Below are positions 9,301 through 21,263 of a stretch of 64,000 bases of DNA, piece by piece (the first letter of the stretch is position 1; every line of letters starts with the position of its first letter). The notes beneath the pieces are model-generated. The model worked only from the letters and a program-made list of their open reading frames with translations. It did no database searches and was not told the DNA's origin. This DNA is from an uncultured cyanobacterium (GTDB lineage Bacteria > Cyanobacteriota > Cyanobacteriia > Pseudanabaenales > Pseudanabaenaceae), in NCBI GenBank assembly GCA_963703315.1, contig OY969811.1:4448001-4512000 (forward strand). The letters run 5' to 3'. The position numbers and the translations under genes were made by a program.

Positions 9301-10116
9301 TTATAGCAATAGGGCTTGAGAAGCAGATGTAGCTTTGGGAGCTTTGCTAGTACCAAAAACTGCATGGATGCCTCTCAGTGTGACAATAATAATCACACAA
9401 ACAACTATATATTGAGCAAGCTGAATTAAAAAGTTTTGGCTTGTAAGTAGGTTTTGCAAAGACAATTGATTAGCCGAAAAACCTTTCTCCGACTGGAAAT
9501 CACTAATTTCAGGACTGTCTGGAATTGCGGGAATATCTGAAAGCAATAAAAAGTCTGAATCCTCAGAAAATCGAGTATTTTCTGAATTGGAACCTGAATT
9601 AGTTAAAGGTACAGGAGAACTGATTTCGCCAAACATTTCATCTAGATCGGGACTAGATGAGGCGGAACGGTTTTCACTAAGGGCGCGATCGCTAGAATCT
9701 GGCATAGATTTTTGCGTAAATACTGGTAAAGGAGGTATTTTAGGGCGTTGTTGTGGTTCGGTGATTCCGCCATTTTGAGGAATATCCGCATCTGCTGCCA
9801 CTCCTAAATTAATTTCCTCTGTCCATGCGGGTTCCTCGAAACCCGTTTGTTGCCAAGAAATTTTGATACTAGAAATGTTCTGTACTTCTAAAGTAATAAA
9901 CCATTTCTTGAGCATTCCCACTAGGACTTGTCTCTTGGGTATCCGCACCTCGTCATCTAGAGATCGCAGGTCAGACTCGATTAATATCTCTAAGCGATCG
10001 CCTTCACCCTCAACATTTGCTAGCATTCCTTGAGACTTGAGCAAACGATTCATTAATGATGCGATCGCATTCACATCGCCCTGTTTAGCCTTTTCGACTA
10101 ACGGATTTGCTGCCAT
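9301..10116 (-). CDS. Hypothetical cyanobacterial protein (N-terminal AKQGDxxAIA domain, disordered linker, C-terminal TM)
   Basis: 271-aa ORF with ATG start and a hydrophobic helix near the C-terminus. Confidence 0.7.
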   Translation of the reverse strand: MAANPLVEKAKQGDVNAIASLMNRLLKSQGMLANVEGEGDRLEILIESDLRSLDDEVRIPKRQVLVGMLKKWFITLEVQNISSIKISWQQTGFEEPAWTEEINLGVAADADIPQNGGITEPQQRPKIPPLPVFTQKSMPDSSDRALSENRSASSSPDLDEMFGEISSPVPLTNSGSNSENTRFSEDSDFLLLSDIPAIPDSPEISDFQSEKGFSANQLSLQNLLTSQNFLIQLAQYIVVCVIIIVTLRGIHAVFGTSKAPKATSASQALLL

Positions 10117-10196
10117 AGTAGCAACCTCAAATTTTTACCCTAAAGTATCTTTTAAACTAAGCCAAATGTATCAGATCTCTGTAACTTTCTGACTAT

Positions 10197-10285
10197 AAGT
10201 AGCTAAGCGCAATTAAATACAAAACCCCAAAAGCTGTAGAGCACGCTGCGCGTGAGCTACAGCTTTTGGCTCTGTTTTTTAATTA
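10197..10285. mobile_element. Truncated MITE-like element (AAGTAKCT..AATTAAA end family)
   Basis: Inverted-orientation homolog of 47063-47164; central CACGCTGCGCGTG hairpin. Confidence 0.6.
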
Positions 10286-10333
10286 GGAAGTAGATTTTTA
10301 TTTAGTGTCGCAGCTACGTCGAGTCACTAACAA

Positions 10334-11230
10334 CTATTTCTTTTGCTTATTCTGCCAATGCTTAAATGCGGCAATCCCACCTAGCGCTAGCAAACCATAG
10401 GTTGGCGAAAACTCAAACGGCACAGGTGTTAAGTCTAAATTCACTTCACCTAGTGTAAAAGTCCCTGCCGCTTGGCTTGTAGTATCACCTAAAGATATGA
10501 AGCTATTTGTTTGGTAGGGGTTAAAGCCAGGTGGCAGTTCGGGACTATTGGAAACTTGACTAAAATCATATACTTTCAGATCTCCCTGTATAATCGGCGT
10601 TTCAAGATTATCTGATGAATTTAATAAGTATTTACCACGCCCAACAGTAAGTATATAAGTGCCTCCAACTTCAGGAGCGATGTTTGTTGATCTCTCTGAA
10701 GAAGTACCAAAATCAGACGATTGAGCGAAAACTTCGCCAGATCTAAATCCAATCTCGATTCCTTTAAAGTCAACACTATTGGTTATAGCAACAATACTAA
10801 AAGAGGCTCTTTCTGACAAATCATTAAAAATGGTGTCCAATTTAACCGTAAAGGTAATTCTGAAACCGTCAGTTAGACTGAGTGTATCTGCAACAAAATC
10901 ATTAAGGTAATTTCCAGTCGATACGTTGTAATTACTATAACTAGCATACTCTGCTGGACTTATTGTAGCTCCTGTGTCTGGATCATTGTAATCTCCTCTT
11001 GTGTTGACAGTAACGTTTCCACCTGATGGTGATTCTCCAACAAAAGGTGAAACGACATTACCAACACCATCGATCGCATTCATTTGGAGGTATGCACTAG
11101 CTCCATCATCGCTAGGAAGTCCTGTCCCGTCATATAAAACCGTGTATATACCAATTGCACTGACGCTCTCAGTGATAACTCCAGTGAATAAAGCGGTACA
11201 AGCGATCGCAGATGCCCAAAAAGTCTTCAT
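10334..11230 (-). CDS. Secreted PEP-CTERM-like (PFE-CTERM variant) protein
   Basis: Signal peptide; C-terminal VPFEFSPTYGLLALGG + TM + basic tail. Confidence 0.82.
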   Translation of the reverse strand: MKTFWASAIACTALFTGVITESVSAIGIYTVLYDGTGLPSDDGASAYLQMNAIDGVGNVVSPFVGESPSGGNVTVNTRGDYNDPDTGATISPAEYASYSNYNVSTGNYLNDFVADTLSLTDGFRITFTVKLDTIFNDLSERASFSIVAITNSVDFKGIEIGFRSGEVFAQSSDFGTSSERSTNIAPEVGGTYILTVGRGKYLLNSSDNLETPIIQGDLKVYDFSQVSNSPELPPGFNPYQTNSFISLGDTTSQAAGTFTLGEVNLDLTPVPFEFSPTYGLLALGGIAAFKHWQNKQKK

Positions 11231-11509
11231 ATATTAATGATGTCTCTAGACATTGGTAATGGACATAAAATAACGTAAATAAACTGACAATGCAATAATT
11301 GTGAAAATAACAGAATAGAAGCTTGGCTTAAGACAAATCAAGGCAAATATATCTTAAATATATCTTTTGTATAACTTTTTGCTGATGAAATAAATACATT
11401 TATAGTATAATCACCATTATCTCATGTCCTAGAGAAAGCTAAGCAATTAAACTCAAGGACAGGTTTTCAATTAGTCGGTTCTCTGTCCATATTTTAGACG
11501 ATTTATTCT

Positions 11510-12397
11510 ATGAAAACACTGCTTCAAAGTTTAGCTGTTAGCGCTTTATCTCTGACAAGCTTAGGCGCGATCGCTACTGCTCCTGTATCCGCCGCATCGA
11601 TCACTGGCGTAGCGATCGGTGGGTCTGCATCTAGTGACTATTATGTGTATGACGTTAGTGGCAACAATACTGTGCGTAACTTAACACCAACAGTAAGCGA
11701 CATCCAAAATGTCTTAGGCGGTAATGCCGCGAGTCCTACTGGAAATGTCGAGCTAGCGGCTAGTAGTGAGCAAGGTGGATTTGATTTCACAAAAAATACT
11801 ACTCTCTCAGGAGAGATCGGCGGTAAATCGATCACTTTAAGTAGCCTTACGGCATCAGACTGGACAAGTGTAGGTCAAACATGGTTTAACGCGGCTCTTA
11901 CTGCTAATGGCTATGGATCAGTATTAAGTAACTCTTTTATATACAACACTGCTTGGAACAGATTTATTAACAATGGTGGTAGACAACGCTTTAGCGATCC
12001 CAATATTTCTTATGTCAATCAAGACTCTGATGGTTTGATTCGGATTGGGTTAGCAGGTCACTATGATGCTACTGATCTTTTGCTTGGTAGTCTAAGTACC
12101 TTTGAAAAGAATTTGATCAACTCACTGCGTGATCCTCTGAAAGTAGGTACACCCATCCAAGCCAGTGAACTTGTTAAATATACTTATGATGGTCAAACTA
12201 GCTATTTGTATAGTTTTTATGCGACTCAATCAGGGCTAATCTCTGCTGATCCTACCAAGTCCCATAATGGTAACTACGAAGTAACCTTCCAAGGTTCTAA
12301 GCCTGTTCCTGTCCCTGCTGCGTTTATTGGTATTGCCTTTGCAGGGGCGATCGGGGCAACTAAACTAAAGCGTCGTAAAGTAACTAGCAAAGTTTAA
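11510..12397 (+). CDS. Secreted PEP-CTERM-like protein (VPVP variant)
   Basis: Signal peptide; C-terminal PVPVPAAFIGIAFAGAIG + KLKRRK. Confidence 0.82.
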   Translation: MKTLLQSLAVSALSLTSLGAIATAPVSAASITGVAIGGSASSDYYVYDVSGNNTVRNLTPTVSDIQNVLGGNAASPTGNVELAASSEQGGFDFTKNTTLSGEIGGKSITLSSLTASDWTSVGQTWFNAALTANGYGSVLSNSFIYNTAWNRFINNGGRQRFSDPNISYVNQDSDGLIRIGLAGHYDATDLLLGSLSTFEKNLINSLRDPLKVGTPIQASELVKYTYDGQTSYLYSFYATQSGLISADPTKSHNGNYEVTFQGSKPVPVPAAFIGIAFAGAIGATKLKRRKVTSKV

Positions 12398-12434
12398 ACA
12401 AAAAAGAGGTTCGCTTAGCGAACCTCTTTTTTGT

Positions 12435-12437
<3 letters not shown>
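12395..12437. terminator. Palindrome / bidirectional terminator containing both convergent stop codons
   Basis: TAAACAAAAAAGAGGTTCGC-TTA-GCGAACCTCTTTTTTGTTTA, perfect 20-bp stem. Confidence 0.8.
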
Positions 12438-13418
<981 letters not shown>

Positions 13419-13594
13419 TTATTAACTTTGCTGCTTAGAATTTTACAGTGATTTGGACTAATGTGAAACTCAAGAATTTTTGCTAAAACTGTCACTTGCT
13501 AAAGCTTTCAGCACAAATAGTTAAGGATTTTGCTGAAGTCCATCCTTTCAAAGCTCAAAAGATTGATAGCGGCGCGAAGCGCCGCCATTAATTT

Positions 13595-14371
13595 CTAAAA
13601 ATCATCGCTTTGATCGGAATTAGTATCTCGTCTTAACAAATCATCGATATTCTGCCAATTGACAAGACTAACTTCCTCATCTTGGATTAGTTGCCCCTTA
13701 TGTAGACAAACTAGGCGATCGCACCATGTTTTTAATAGGTCAAGTTGATGGTTAATCATGACGATGGTAACGGGTTGTGATAACTGAGTTAACTCGGTCA
13801 AAGTATCGAGGAGCAAATGCGATAAACCGCGATCTAGGGCTGAAGTTGGCTCATCTAGTAATAATATTTCTGGTTCCATGACTAAAGCTCTAGCGATCGC
13901 AATCCATTGTCTCTGACCAAGGGATAATTCCATTTCTGAGCGATTAAGTAATTTACGATCAATCTGTAATTTATCTATCCATTTTTGTAACCGTGATTCA
14001 ACTTCACTTTGAGGGAAATTTTGGAGTTTTAGAGGATAGCTAATGGCTTCAGTTACATTCATTCCTAATAAGCTTGGTTCCTGTGGTACAAGCATGATTC
14101 GCCGCCGCAAAGTTTGAATAGGAATCTCTTGAATGTTTTTACCACTTAGGGAAATTATGCCGATGGATGGATCGGTCAGGCGATTGAGCAAACGTAAAAA
14201 TGTAGTTTTTCCTGATCCTGTTGCGCCAATTAATGCAGTTTTGCTACCTTTAGCGATCGCTAAAGAAATATTGGCTAACAGTGTGCGAAATTTTGTTTGG
14301 TAACTGACCTGACTGATTGCGATCGCCACATGATCGGGTATTGGTTGAGAAATAAATGACAGCTTGTGCAT
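13595..14371 (-). CDS. ABC transporter ATP-binding protein
   Basis: Walker A GATGSGKT, LSLGQRQ, LLLDEPTSALD. Start moved to ATG 14371 to avoid overlap with lipB. Confidence 0.85.
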   Translation of the reverse strand: MHKLSFISQPIPDHVAIAISQVSYQTKFRTLLANISLAIAKGSKTALIGATGSGKTTFLRLLNRLTDPSIGIISLSGKNIQEIPIQTLRRRIMLVPQEPSLLGMNVTEAISYPLKLQNFPQSEVESRLQKWIDKLQIDRKLLNRSEMELSLGQRQWIAIARALVMEPEILLLDEPTSALDRGLSHLLLDTLTELTQLSQPVTIVMINHQLDLLKTWCDRLVCLHKGQLIQDEEVSLVNWQNIDDLLRRDTNSDQSDDF

Positions 14372-14448
14372 AATGTACGATTTTTGGCGATCAATTGCGA
14401 TCAATATGGTTGAGGTACTTTGTTTATAGGTATGATCAGGATTTTGAT

Positions 14449-15138
14449 ATGCACCGAGTTTGTTTGCTCTACCAAAGCGATCGCCCCATCCCCTATCTAA
14501 CTGCATGGCAATGGCAAAAGCAACTAGTTGAGGAGCGTAAACAGTCAAGGCGTGAAGGGAAAGACTTGCCTGATGTGTTGTTGTTAGTCGAACATCCTGC
14601 CGTTTATACGCTGGGACAGGGATCGAGTTTAGAGTTTTTAAAATTTAACTTAGAAGATGCCAATATCGAATGTCATCGCATTGAGCGTGGGGGGGAAGTG
14701 ACCCATCATGCGATCGGGCAACTAGTGGCTTATCCGATTCTCAACCTCGATCATCATCAGCATGATTTGCATTGGTATTTACGCCAACTCGAAGAGGTAA
14801 TCATTCAAGTGCTAGCTAGGTATGGTGTGTCTTCGCAGCGTATTCAAGGTTTAACGGGGGTATGGATTAATCAAGCGGGACAATATCAAAAAATTGCTCA
14901 AGTTGGGATCAAGGTCAGTCAATGGATTACGATGCATGGATTTGCCTTGAATGTAAGTATGGATTTATCAGGTTTCGATCGCATTGTTCCCTGTGGCATC
15001 TCCGATTGTCAGGTTTGTAATCTTAATCAGTTTGTGCCTGATGTTGAGTTTGTACAAGTGAAAGAGGCGATCGCGCAGACTTTTGCTCAAATATTTAATT
15101 TAGAAATGCAATTGCAAAAGTTTGATCTAAAAGCTTGA
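14449..15138 (+). CDS. lipB: Lipoyl(octanoyl) transferase
   Basis: EHPAVYTLG, ERGGEVTHH, KIAQVGI, ITMHGFALNV, IVPCGI. Probable start ATG 14449. Confidence 0.93.
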   Translation: MHRVCLLYQSDRPIPYLTAWQWQKQLVEERKQSRREGKDLPDVLLLVEHPAVYTLGQGSSLEFLKFNLEDANIECHRIERGGEVTHHAIGQLVAYPILNLDHHQHDLHWYLRQLEEVIIQVLARYGVSSQRIQGLTGVWINQAGQYQKIAQVGIKVSQWITMHGFALNVSMDLSGFDRIVPCGISDCQVCNLNQFVPDVEFVQVKEAIAQTFAQIFNLEMQLQKFDLKA

Positions 15139-15163
15139 TCTAGTAAGTGTCGCCAGTCTTAAC

Positions 15164-15206
15164 CCAGATGAAAGTGGCGGCGCGAAGCGCCGCCACTTTC
15201 ATCTGG
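15164..15206. repeat. Intergenic palindrome, GC-core/triloop family
   Basis: CCAGATGAAAGTGGCGGCGC-GAA-GCGCCGCCACTTTCATCTGG. Confidence 0.85.
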
Positions 15207-15297
15207 TGTTTGGGGTAGCTCATTTTCATGGGATCGCTACCTGACCCAAAAAATTTGGTATAGACTAGGGATTAGTTGTTATCAAGGAGCTAAATCT

Positions 15298-15636
15298 ATG
15301 ATCTGTGAAAAAATTTCTGTGGCAATTTCTGTGGCGGCAATCAGCCTTGTGTCAGCAGCAGTGTTAATCCCCACTGGTGCGATCGCCCAAACCACTACTA
15401 CAACCACACTCTCGGAACAAACTTTACGGGAAGCCCAACAACAGGAAAGAAGCTCTCTTAGTGTTGGTGGTAGCAATCTGAACTTATTACAGTTAATTAA
15501 CAATATCAATCTTGCTGGTGGACGGTCACCTGAGCAATTTCGAGCTAATCAATCTGAATCAATCGATGAGGCTGTTTCCAGCTTTAAAGATCAACAACGC
15601 CGTGAAATTAAATTTTCGATGCCTACAAAGCCATAA
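15298..15636 (+). CDS. Hypothetical exported protein
   Basis: AAGGAG RBS, signal peptide ending AIA-Q, 112 aa. Confidence 0.7.
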   Translation: MICEKISVAISVAAISLVSAAVLIPTGAIAQTTTTTTLSEQTLREAQQQERSSLSVGGSNLNLLQLINNINLAGGRSPEQFRANQSESIDEAVSSFKDQQRREIKFSMPTKP

Positions 15637-15703
15637 AAAAATCGGCGCTTTGCGCCGATTTTTTTATGGCTTAACGTAACCAGATCGACTCATCAAGCAA
15701 ATG

Positions 15704-18115
15704 TTAACTTCTCAATGTGGCTTGAAACTTCTCTTCTAGCAAATCACGCACTTTTTGATGAACAGGGTTGATATCCGCATCAGTCAGAGTGCGATCGCTA
15801 GCTCTGTAGACCAATCGAAATGCCAGACTACGGGAACCTTCGGGGACACCTTTACCAATATATTGATCAAATAGCGTGACCGAATCGAGCAACTCGCCGC
15901 CCACATGGGTAATCGATCGCTGAATATCGGCAACCGTGAACTTGAGTGGTGCAAAAAAGGCAATATCGCGATCGCTAGTGGGATAGGAGGAGAATGGTTG
16001 GAAGGTGGGAATGGAATTCTTCATCATCGCATCTAGCAAGGTATAGAAATCTAGCTCGAAGGCATAAATCTCATCGGGAAGTTCCTTTTCAGAGCGGAGT
16101 TGGGGATGCAATTGTCCGAACGTGCCAAGACGTTCACCAGAAATCCACAGCGAGGCAGTGCGCCCAGGGTGTAAGCGCTCATCCTTCTGATCGGGTTGAT
16201 ATTCCACCGTTACCGAGAGATTGTGGAAAACAGAATCTAGCAAGCCTTTGGCTTCGTAGAAATTCATCGGTTTAGAATCATGTTGCCATACGCCAACAGT
16301 GGGATCACCACCAAAAATCCCTGCAATGCGATCGGTTTCATCGCTACCAGCTTCATCGAGCCAAAACACGCGCCCAATTTCAAATCCATTCAAGATGCCA
16401 TTGCCTTGATTGATGTTAAAAGCACTAGCTTCGATCAAGTTGGTTAATAAATCACCTCTGAGCGCTCCATATTCGATCGCCACAGGATTGTTAATTTTGA
16501 CCTGATGGGACTCAGTGGGGCTACAGAGGGACATATGCATCACTTCTGTTAGCCCAACCGCACGGAATGCGGCGCGAATTAATCTGCCACCCTCTTGATC
16601 GGCGGAAAGGAAGCCAAACTCAGTACGGGCGGGTAAAGTCTCTACAAATTTGTCATAGCCATAGATCCGCGCAATTTCTTCGACAAGGTCGATTTCACGC
16701 TCAATGTCGGCATAGCGATAGGGGGGAACCGTGACCTTCCAAATGGCGTAACTACCCTCTTCGATCGGCTGCTTTTCTAGCTCAAAGGACAAGACTTTGA
16801 GAGTTTGTTCCACTTCTGCTTCTGACAATAGGGGTAAAGCACTTTCATCTTCGCGATCGACTTCACCTAATACTTGCCAAACTTTTGTGAGGCGCAAATC
16901 AATGACGCGAACTTCTTTAGAACGAGAATCCACAATGCTTTGGGCAACGACTTCACCACCAGCAAGTTCCACAATTAATTGCAACGCTTTAGTTGAAGCT
17001 GACTCGATCGCCGCCTGATTCACACCCCGTTCATAGCGTGCCGATGCCTCAGTGCGTAAACCCTGAGCGCGGGCGGATCGCCTTGTTGTCACTTGAGTAA
17101 ATAGTGCCGCCTCTAACACAATATTTGTGGTTTTGGCAGAGACTTCGGTTTCTGCACCACCCATGACACCCGCGATCGCGATCGGTTTGTCCCCTGACGT
17201 AATCAAGAAATTTTGACTCGTGAGAGTGCGTTCCACATCATCAAGGGTTTTGATTTTTTCACCTGACTTGGCAAAGCGCACACCAATATTGATATCAGCA
17301 TCTAGAGTGTCCGCATCAAAGGCATGGAGGGGCTGTCCCCATTCCAGCAAAATGTAATTGGTAATATCGACAATATTATTGATTGATCGCATCCCTGCCG
17401 CTTCAACACGACGCTTTAACCATTCTGGCGAAGGCGCAACCTTTACACCTTTGATCAATGTTCCAATATAGGCGGAACAGGATTTAGGATCTTCCACTGT
17501 GATCCAATTGGCAGATTTAGGCTGAAAATCTTGGGTTGCGAGGGGTAGACGGACTTCTTTACCAACGATCGCCGCCACTTCACGGGCAATGCCCACCACG
17601 CTGAGGGCATCGGCACGATTAGCGGTTGAGGTGACATCGAGAATCGCGTCATCTAGCCCTAGTAATGGACGCACATCGCTACCAACGGTCACACCTTCAG
17701 GAAACTCATGGATGCCACTGGACTCTTTGGCTAGTCCAATCTCAGCGAGTGAGCAGATCATCCCCTCCGATCGCTCGCCCCGTAATTTAGTGGGGCGTAA
17801 TTTCAAATCAATCGTTGGTAAATAAGTGCCAATCGTGGCTACAGGCACAAATAAACCCTGTCGAGCATTGGCAGCACCGCAGACAATCTGTAGGGGTTCG
17901 GGTGTGCCAATATCGACTTTACATACCTGTAATTTGTCAGCATTAGGATGGCGATCGGCGGTGAGGATATGACCCACGACTACGCCCTCAGCCCATGTCC
18001 TGCGGTCTTCAATCGACTCCACTTCAAAGCCTGCCATAGTCAGTTTTTCTTCTAGCTCTTGAGGCGAGAGGTCAAAGTCTACAAGTTCGCGGAGCCAATT
18101 CAAAGAGATACGCAT
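15704..18115 (-). CDS. pheT: Phenylalanine--tRNA ligase beta subunit
   Basis: [34 protein letters not shown]3/4 and FDX-ACB domains. Confidence 0.97.
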   Translation of the reverse strand: MRISLNWLRELVDFDLSPQELEEKLTMAGFEVESIEDRRTWAEGVVVGHILTADRHPNADKLQVCKVDIGTPEPLQIVCGAANARQGLFVPVATIGTYLPTIDLKLRPTKLRGERSEGMICSLAEIGLAKESSGIHEFPEGVTVGSDVRPLLGLDDAILDVTSTANRADALSVVGIAREVAAIVGKEVRLPLATQDFQPKSANWITVEDPKSCSAYIGTLIKGVKVAPSPEWLKRRVEAAGMRSINNIVDITNYILLEWGQPLHAFDADTLDADINIGVRFAKSGEKIKTLDDVERTLTSQNFLITSGDKPIAIAGVMGGAETEVSAKTTNIVLEAALFTQVTTRRSARAQGLRTEASARYERGVNQAAIESASTKALQLIVELAGGEVVAQSIVDSRSKEVRVIDLRLTKVWQVLGEVDREDESALPLLSEAEVEQTLKVLSFELEKQPIEEGSYAIWKVTVPPYRYADIEREIDLVEEIARIYGYDKFVETLPARTEFGFLSADQEGGRLIRAAFRAVGLTEVMHMSLCSPTESHQVKINNPVAIEYGALRGDLLTNLIEASAFNINQGNGILNGFEIGRVFWLDEAGSDETDRIAGIFGGDPTVGVWQHDSKPMNFYEAKGLLDSVFHNLSVTVEYQPDQKDERLHPGRTASLWISGERLGTFGQLHPQLRSEKELPDEIYAFELDFYTLLDAMMKNSIPTFQPFSSYPTSDRDIAFFAPLKFTVADIQRSITHVGGELLDSVTLFDQYIGKGVPEGSRSLAFRLVYRASDRTLTDADINPVHQKVRDLLEEKFQATLRS

Positions 18116-18210
18116 TGGAAATTTATGGAGAAAGGATTGTTAAGAAATATTCAGGTTATATTAGTCTACCAAAATCCACACTGCAAACTGGCAAATTATG
18201 GGGTTAAATC

Positions 18211-19209
18211 TTGAACTCTAATAATAGGCACTTCACCAAGTTATTACGTGCCGAGTTAAATGCTGTCCTGCGATCGCAAAATCTCTTACCCAAAGAAGCA
18301 CATTTATTGATTGCGGTATCAGGTGGACAGGATTCGCTATGTTTAGCCAAACTTCTGTTAATGCAGCAGACTAAACATAATTGGAATTTAGCGATCGCCC
18401 ATTGCGATCACCAGTGGCGGAGTGATTCCAGTGCGAATGCTAGTCATGTCGAGAAACTTGCAAAGGAATGGGGAATTGATTTTTGCGTGAGAGTTGCGGA
18501 AACGCCGCCCAAAAGTGAAGCAAGTGCGAGGGAATGGCGCTATAGGATGTTGGTGGAAATGGCTCAAGTTAACCAATGCAGCTATGTAGTGACGGGACAT
18601 ACCCGTAGCGATCGCGTGGAGACTTTGTTATATAACTTGATGCGTGGTAGTGGAGCCGATGGCTTAGCCTCTTTAACTTGGCAGCGATTGCTGACTCCTG
18701 AAATTAAATTAGTTCGCCCTTTATTAAACGTCAGTCGTCATCAAACGGCTGAGTTTTGCCATGAAAATCAAATTCCGATTTGGGAAGATAGCACCAATCA
18801 AAATCTCGACTATCGCCGCAATCGTTTACGTCTAGAGACAATTCCCTATTTACAAGCAAATTTTAATCCCCAGCTAGAAACAGCGATCGCCCAGACCGCC
18901 GAACTTCTGCACAGTGATGTGAGCTATTTAGAGAGTCAGGCTAGGAATTTTTTTGAGGAGAATACATCTGTAATTTGGGATGATCAGCAGCCATGTTTAC
19001 ATCGTCAACTTTTGCAAGATCAGCCTCTAGCCTTGCAAAGAAGAATTGTGAGACAGTTTCTATCGCGCTATTTAATCCATCAGGTAAATTTTGAGGATGT
19101 AGAGCGCTTCTTGAACTTATTAAATGCGCCAAACCGATCGCAGAGTGAGCCATTTAAGGGAAATATCTCCGCCTTTGTCGAACATCCTTGGATCTACCTC
19201 CGTAAATAG
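18211..19209 (+). CDS. tilS: tRNA(Ile)-lysidine synthase
   Basis: AVSGGQDS PP-loop, TGHTRSDRVET, RPLL, WEDSTN, RNRLR. Confidence 0.93.
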   Translation: MNSNNRHFTKLLRAELNAVLRSQNLLPKEAHLLIAVSGGQDSLCLAKLLLMQQTKHNWNLAIAHCDHQWRSDSSANASHVEKLAKEWGIDFCVRVAETPPKSEASAREWRYRMLVEMAQVNQCSYVVTGHTRSDRVETLLYNLMRGSGADGLASLTWQRLLTPEIKLVRPLLNVSRHQTAEFCHENQIPIWEDSTNQNLDYRRNRLRLETIPYLQANFNPQLETAIAQTAELLHSDVSYLESQARNFFEENTSVIWDDQQPCLHRQLLQDQPLALQRRIVRQFLSRYLIHQVNFEDVERFLNLLNAPNRSQSEPFKGNISAFVEHPWIYLRK

Positions 19210-19238
19210 AGAGTTCGCAAAGCGAACCCTCTATTTAC
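19202..19238. terminator. Palindrome containing both convergent stop codons (tilS / CPBP)
   Basis: GTAAATAGAGAGTTCGC-AAA-GCGAACCCTCTATTTAC (one mismatch). Confidence 0.8.
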
Positions 19239-20805
19239 CGCCTAGTGCGATCAGCGCGAGGAAACTACCACTATTCCAAAGGCAATGTAATAGCATCGAA
19301 GAGAGCAGGTTTTTGGAGCGCCAATAGACAAAACCCATCACCATTCCTAAAACGCTCAGGGGAATAATATCGGCAAGATTTAAGTGGGCTAATGCAAATA
19401 AGAATCCACTTAAGGCGATCGCCCCCCAGATTGGTAAAAACTTGGTTAGAGATGGCAATAGAAATCCGCGAAAGAGATATTCCTCAAAAAAGGGCGCAGC
19501 GATCGCGAGGGTTGTCCAGAGTAGGAACTTTGGTAAAACATTCTGGCTTTCTGTCAAAATTGGTAATAGAGGATTGCCACCGCCTTGTCCTTGGAGGAAT
19601 TTTTGGCTAATTACGGAAACAATCAGCACTAAGGGAACTGCTGCAAAATAGCCGCCAATTCCCCATACTAACCACTGAGGTGAAGTGAATTTGAAGCGAA
19701 ACCAACCTTCAGGAAAAGGTCTATAACCAGCAAGACTAAACCGTAAAATTGGCAGCATGGGGATTACAGAAAGTGTATAGGGAATCAGTACCAGTAAAGC
19801 CTGTACCGTAAAATCTTCCCGCGCTCTTGATTCAATTCCTAATAGTTCAAAGCCTAAAGGAAGTAATAATTGCGTCATCAAACAAAAGGCAGTAAACCAT
19901 AAAACCATGACTTCCCAAGTTGTCTCGATTCCCCAAGGGACTTGCCAAGTAAGTTGATTAGATTCTGCTTCTAGATCATTCTTAGCAGAAAACGGAGAAG
20001 ATTTGCGAAAGAAAATCCATTGGACTAGTAATCCTAACCATATTAAAACTCCGACACTACCACCAATGAGAGGGATCGAGTTGACAATGACTAAACGATT
20101 AATCGCAGAATTTACTTCTATTTGTGCTTGTTGTTCGAGATTAGATAATAGTTCTGTTCTTTGTTGAGCTTGATAAAGTTTGGTCAATGCGAATTTGCGA
20201 TACCACCCATCCAGAGTTCGTCGAAGCTGGTTTTCGGCATTGGGGAATAGCATGGTCGGCTCTGACCATAAGCCTTTGAGGATTTGGGCAGTTAATCCAT
20301 GGGTACTCATCGATTGACCTTCCAGTTCACTAATGCTTGACCATGTAGCGATCGCCCCTTGAATGTCCCCTGTTTGGACTTGGAGCAATCCTGTCCGCAC
20401 TGTGATTTCACTCACACTAGTCAGCTTCTTTTGTCGTTGTTTAGCAATAAATTGCGAATCATCGGCAGTAGTTATTTTTTCTGAAGATAGGCGATCGAGA
20501 GTAGATTTACTTGCCTTCAGTACTTCTTGATAACTGGTCAGAGATTGGCGATAAATATCTTGTGGTTTACCATCACTGAGTAAAGATTGGAAGATATCTC
20601 CAGATTTATCGGTTACTGAATCTGGACTCTGGATAGCCTGCAAAATCAAATCTGTTTGTAATAAATCTAATTTTGTCTGCTCCTGTGGATTGTTCCAACT
20701 TGCCTGTAGTGTGAGGACAATAAAAAAAACAGACAATAAGCTGAGAACGCTTAATAGTAATGACTTTGCATTCAAAGATTTATCGTTTAACGGCTTAGAA
20801 TCCAT
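19231..20805 (-). CDS. CPBP (CAAX/Abi) family intramembrane glutamic endopeptidase
   Basis: APFFEEYLFRG, FALAH, LHCLWN motifs; multiple TM helices. Confidence 0.9.
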   Translation of the reverse strand: MDSKPLNDKSLNAKSLLLSVLSLLSVFFIVLTLQASWNNPQEQTKLDLLQTDLILQAIQSPDSVTDKSGDIFQSLLSDGKPQDIYRQSLTSYQEVLKASKSTLDRLSSEKITTADDSQFIAKQRQKKLTSVSEITVRTGLLQVQTGDIQGAIATWSSISELEGQSMSTHGLTAQILKGLWSEPTMLFPNAENQLRRTLDGWYRKFALTKLYQAQQRTELLSNLEQQAQIEVNSAINRLVIVNSIPLIGGSVGVLIWLGLLVQWIFFRKSSPFSAKNDLEAESNQLTWQVPWGIETTWEVMVLWFTAFCLMTQLLLPLGFELLGIESRAREDFTVQALLVLIPYTLSVIPMLPILRFSLAGYRPFPEGWFRFKFTSPQWLVWGIGGYFAAVPLVLIVSVISQKFLQGQGGGNPLLPILTESQNVLPKFLLWTTLAIAAPFFEEYLFRGFLLPSLTKFLPIWGAIALSGFLFALAHLNLADIIPLSVLGMVMGFVYWRSKNLLSSMLLHCLWNSGSFLALIALGGK

Positions 20806-20851
20806 TCTTTTATTTTAGACAAGAGGACAGGGCAAAACACTGCTCATCCTA

Positions 20852-21172
20852 TCATTTCGAGCTTGTAAACCGCAAACCAGCTATGCCGAAAACAATTAGG
20901 CTGATACAGACAAATCTTGGCAAGTCGCGAGGTTCTCCTAAAAATAGGGAGCCAACGATCGCCGTTCCCACGACCCCGATACCTGTCCATACGGCGTAAC
21001 CTGTGCCTACGGGTAAGGTTTTTAAAGCTTGAGCAAGGAGAATAAAGCTGGCGACAAGAGTGGAGAGAGTAAGCAAACTAGGTATAGGCTTGGTCAAGCC
21101 ATCAGTATATTTGAGGCTGCTAGCCCAGACAATTTCCAAAAGTCCCGCAATAATTAAATTAATCCAATCCAT
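20852..21172 (-). CDS. sugE: SMR family transporter (SugE/Gdx-like)
   Basis: W..LIIAGLLEIVWA, KTLPVGTGYAVWTGIG. Probable start ATG 21172. Confidence 0.8.
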   Translation of the reverse strand: MDWINLIIAGLLEIVWASSLKYTDGLTKPIPSLLTLSTLVASFILLAQALKTLPVGTGYAVWTGIGVVGTAIVGSLFLGEPRDLPRFVCISLIVFGIAGLRFTSSK

Positions 21173-21263
21173 TGTTATATTTTTTCCTAACACTAAAAGT
21201 AAAAATGGCATAGCCATTTTTACTTTTGAAAACCATGATGAGGTAGGCGGCGCTTTGCGCCGC

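Noticed and set aside
14371..14548. Overlapping divergent genes (ABC ATPase and lipB)
   Set aside because: The overlap disappears with downstream ATG starts at 14371 and 14449.
21173..21263. Guanidine riboswitch upstream of the sugE/gdx-like gene
   Set aside because: No twin ACGR-loop hairpins or ykkC-type motifs; the two hairpins present belong to the dispersed palindrome families.
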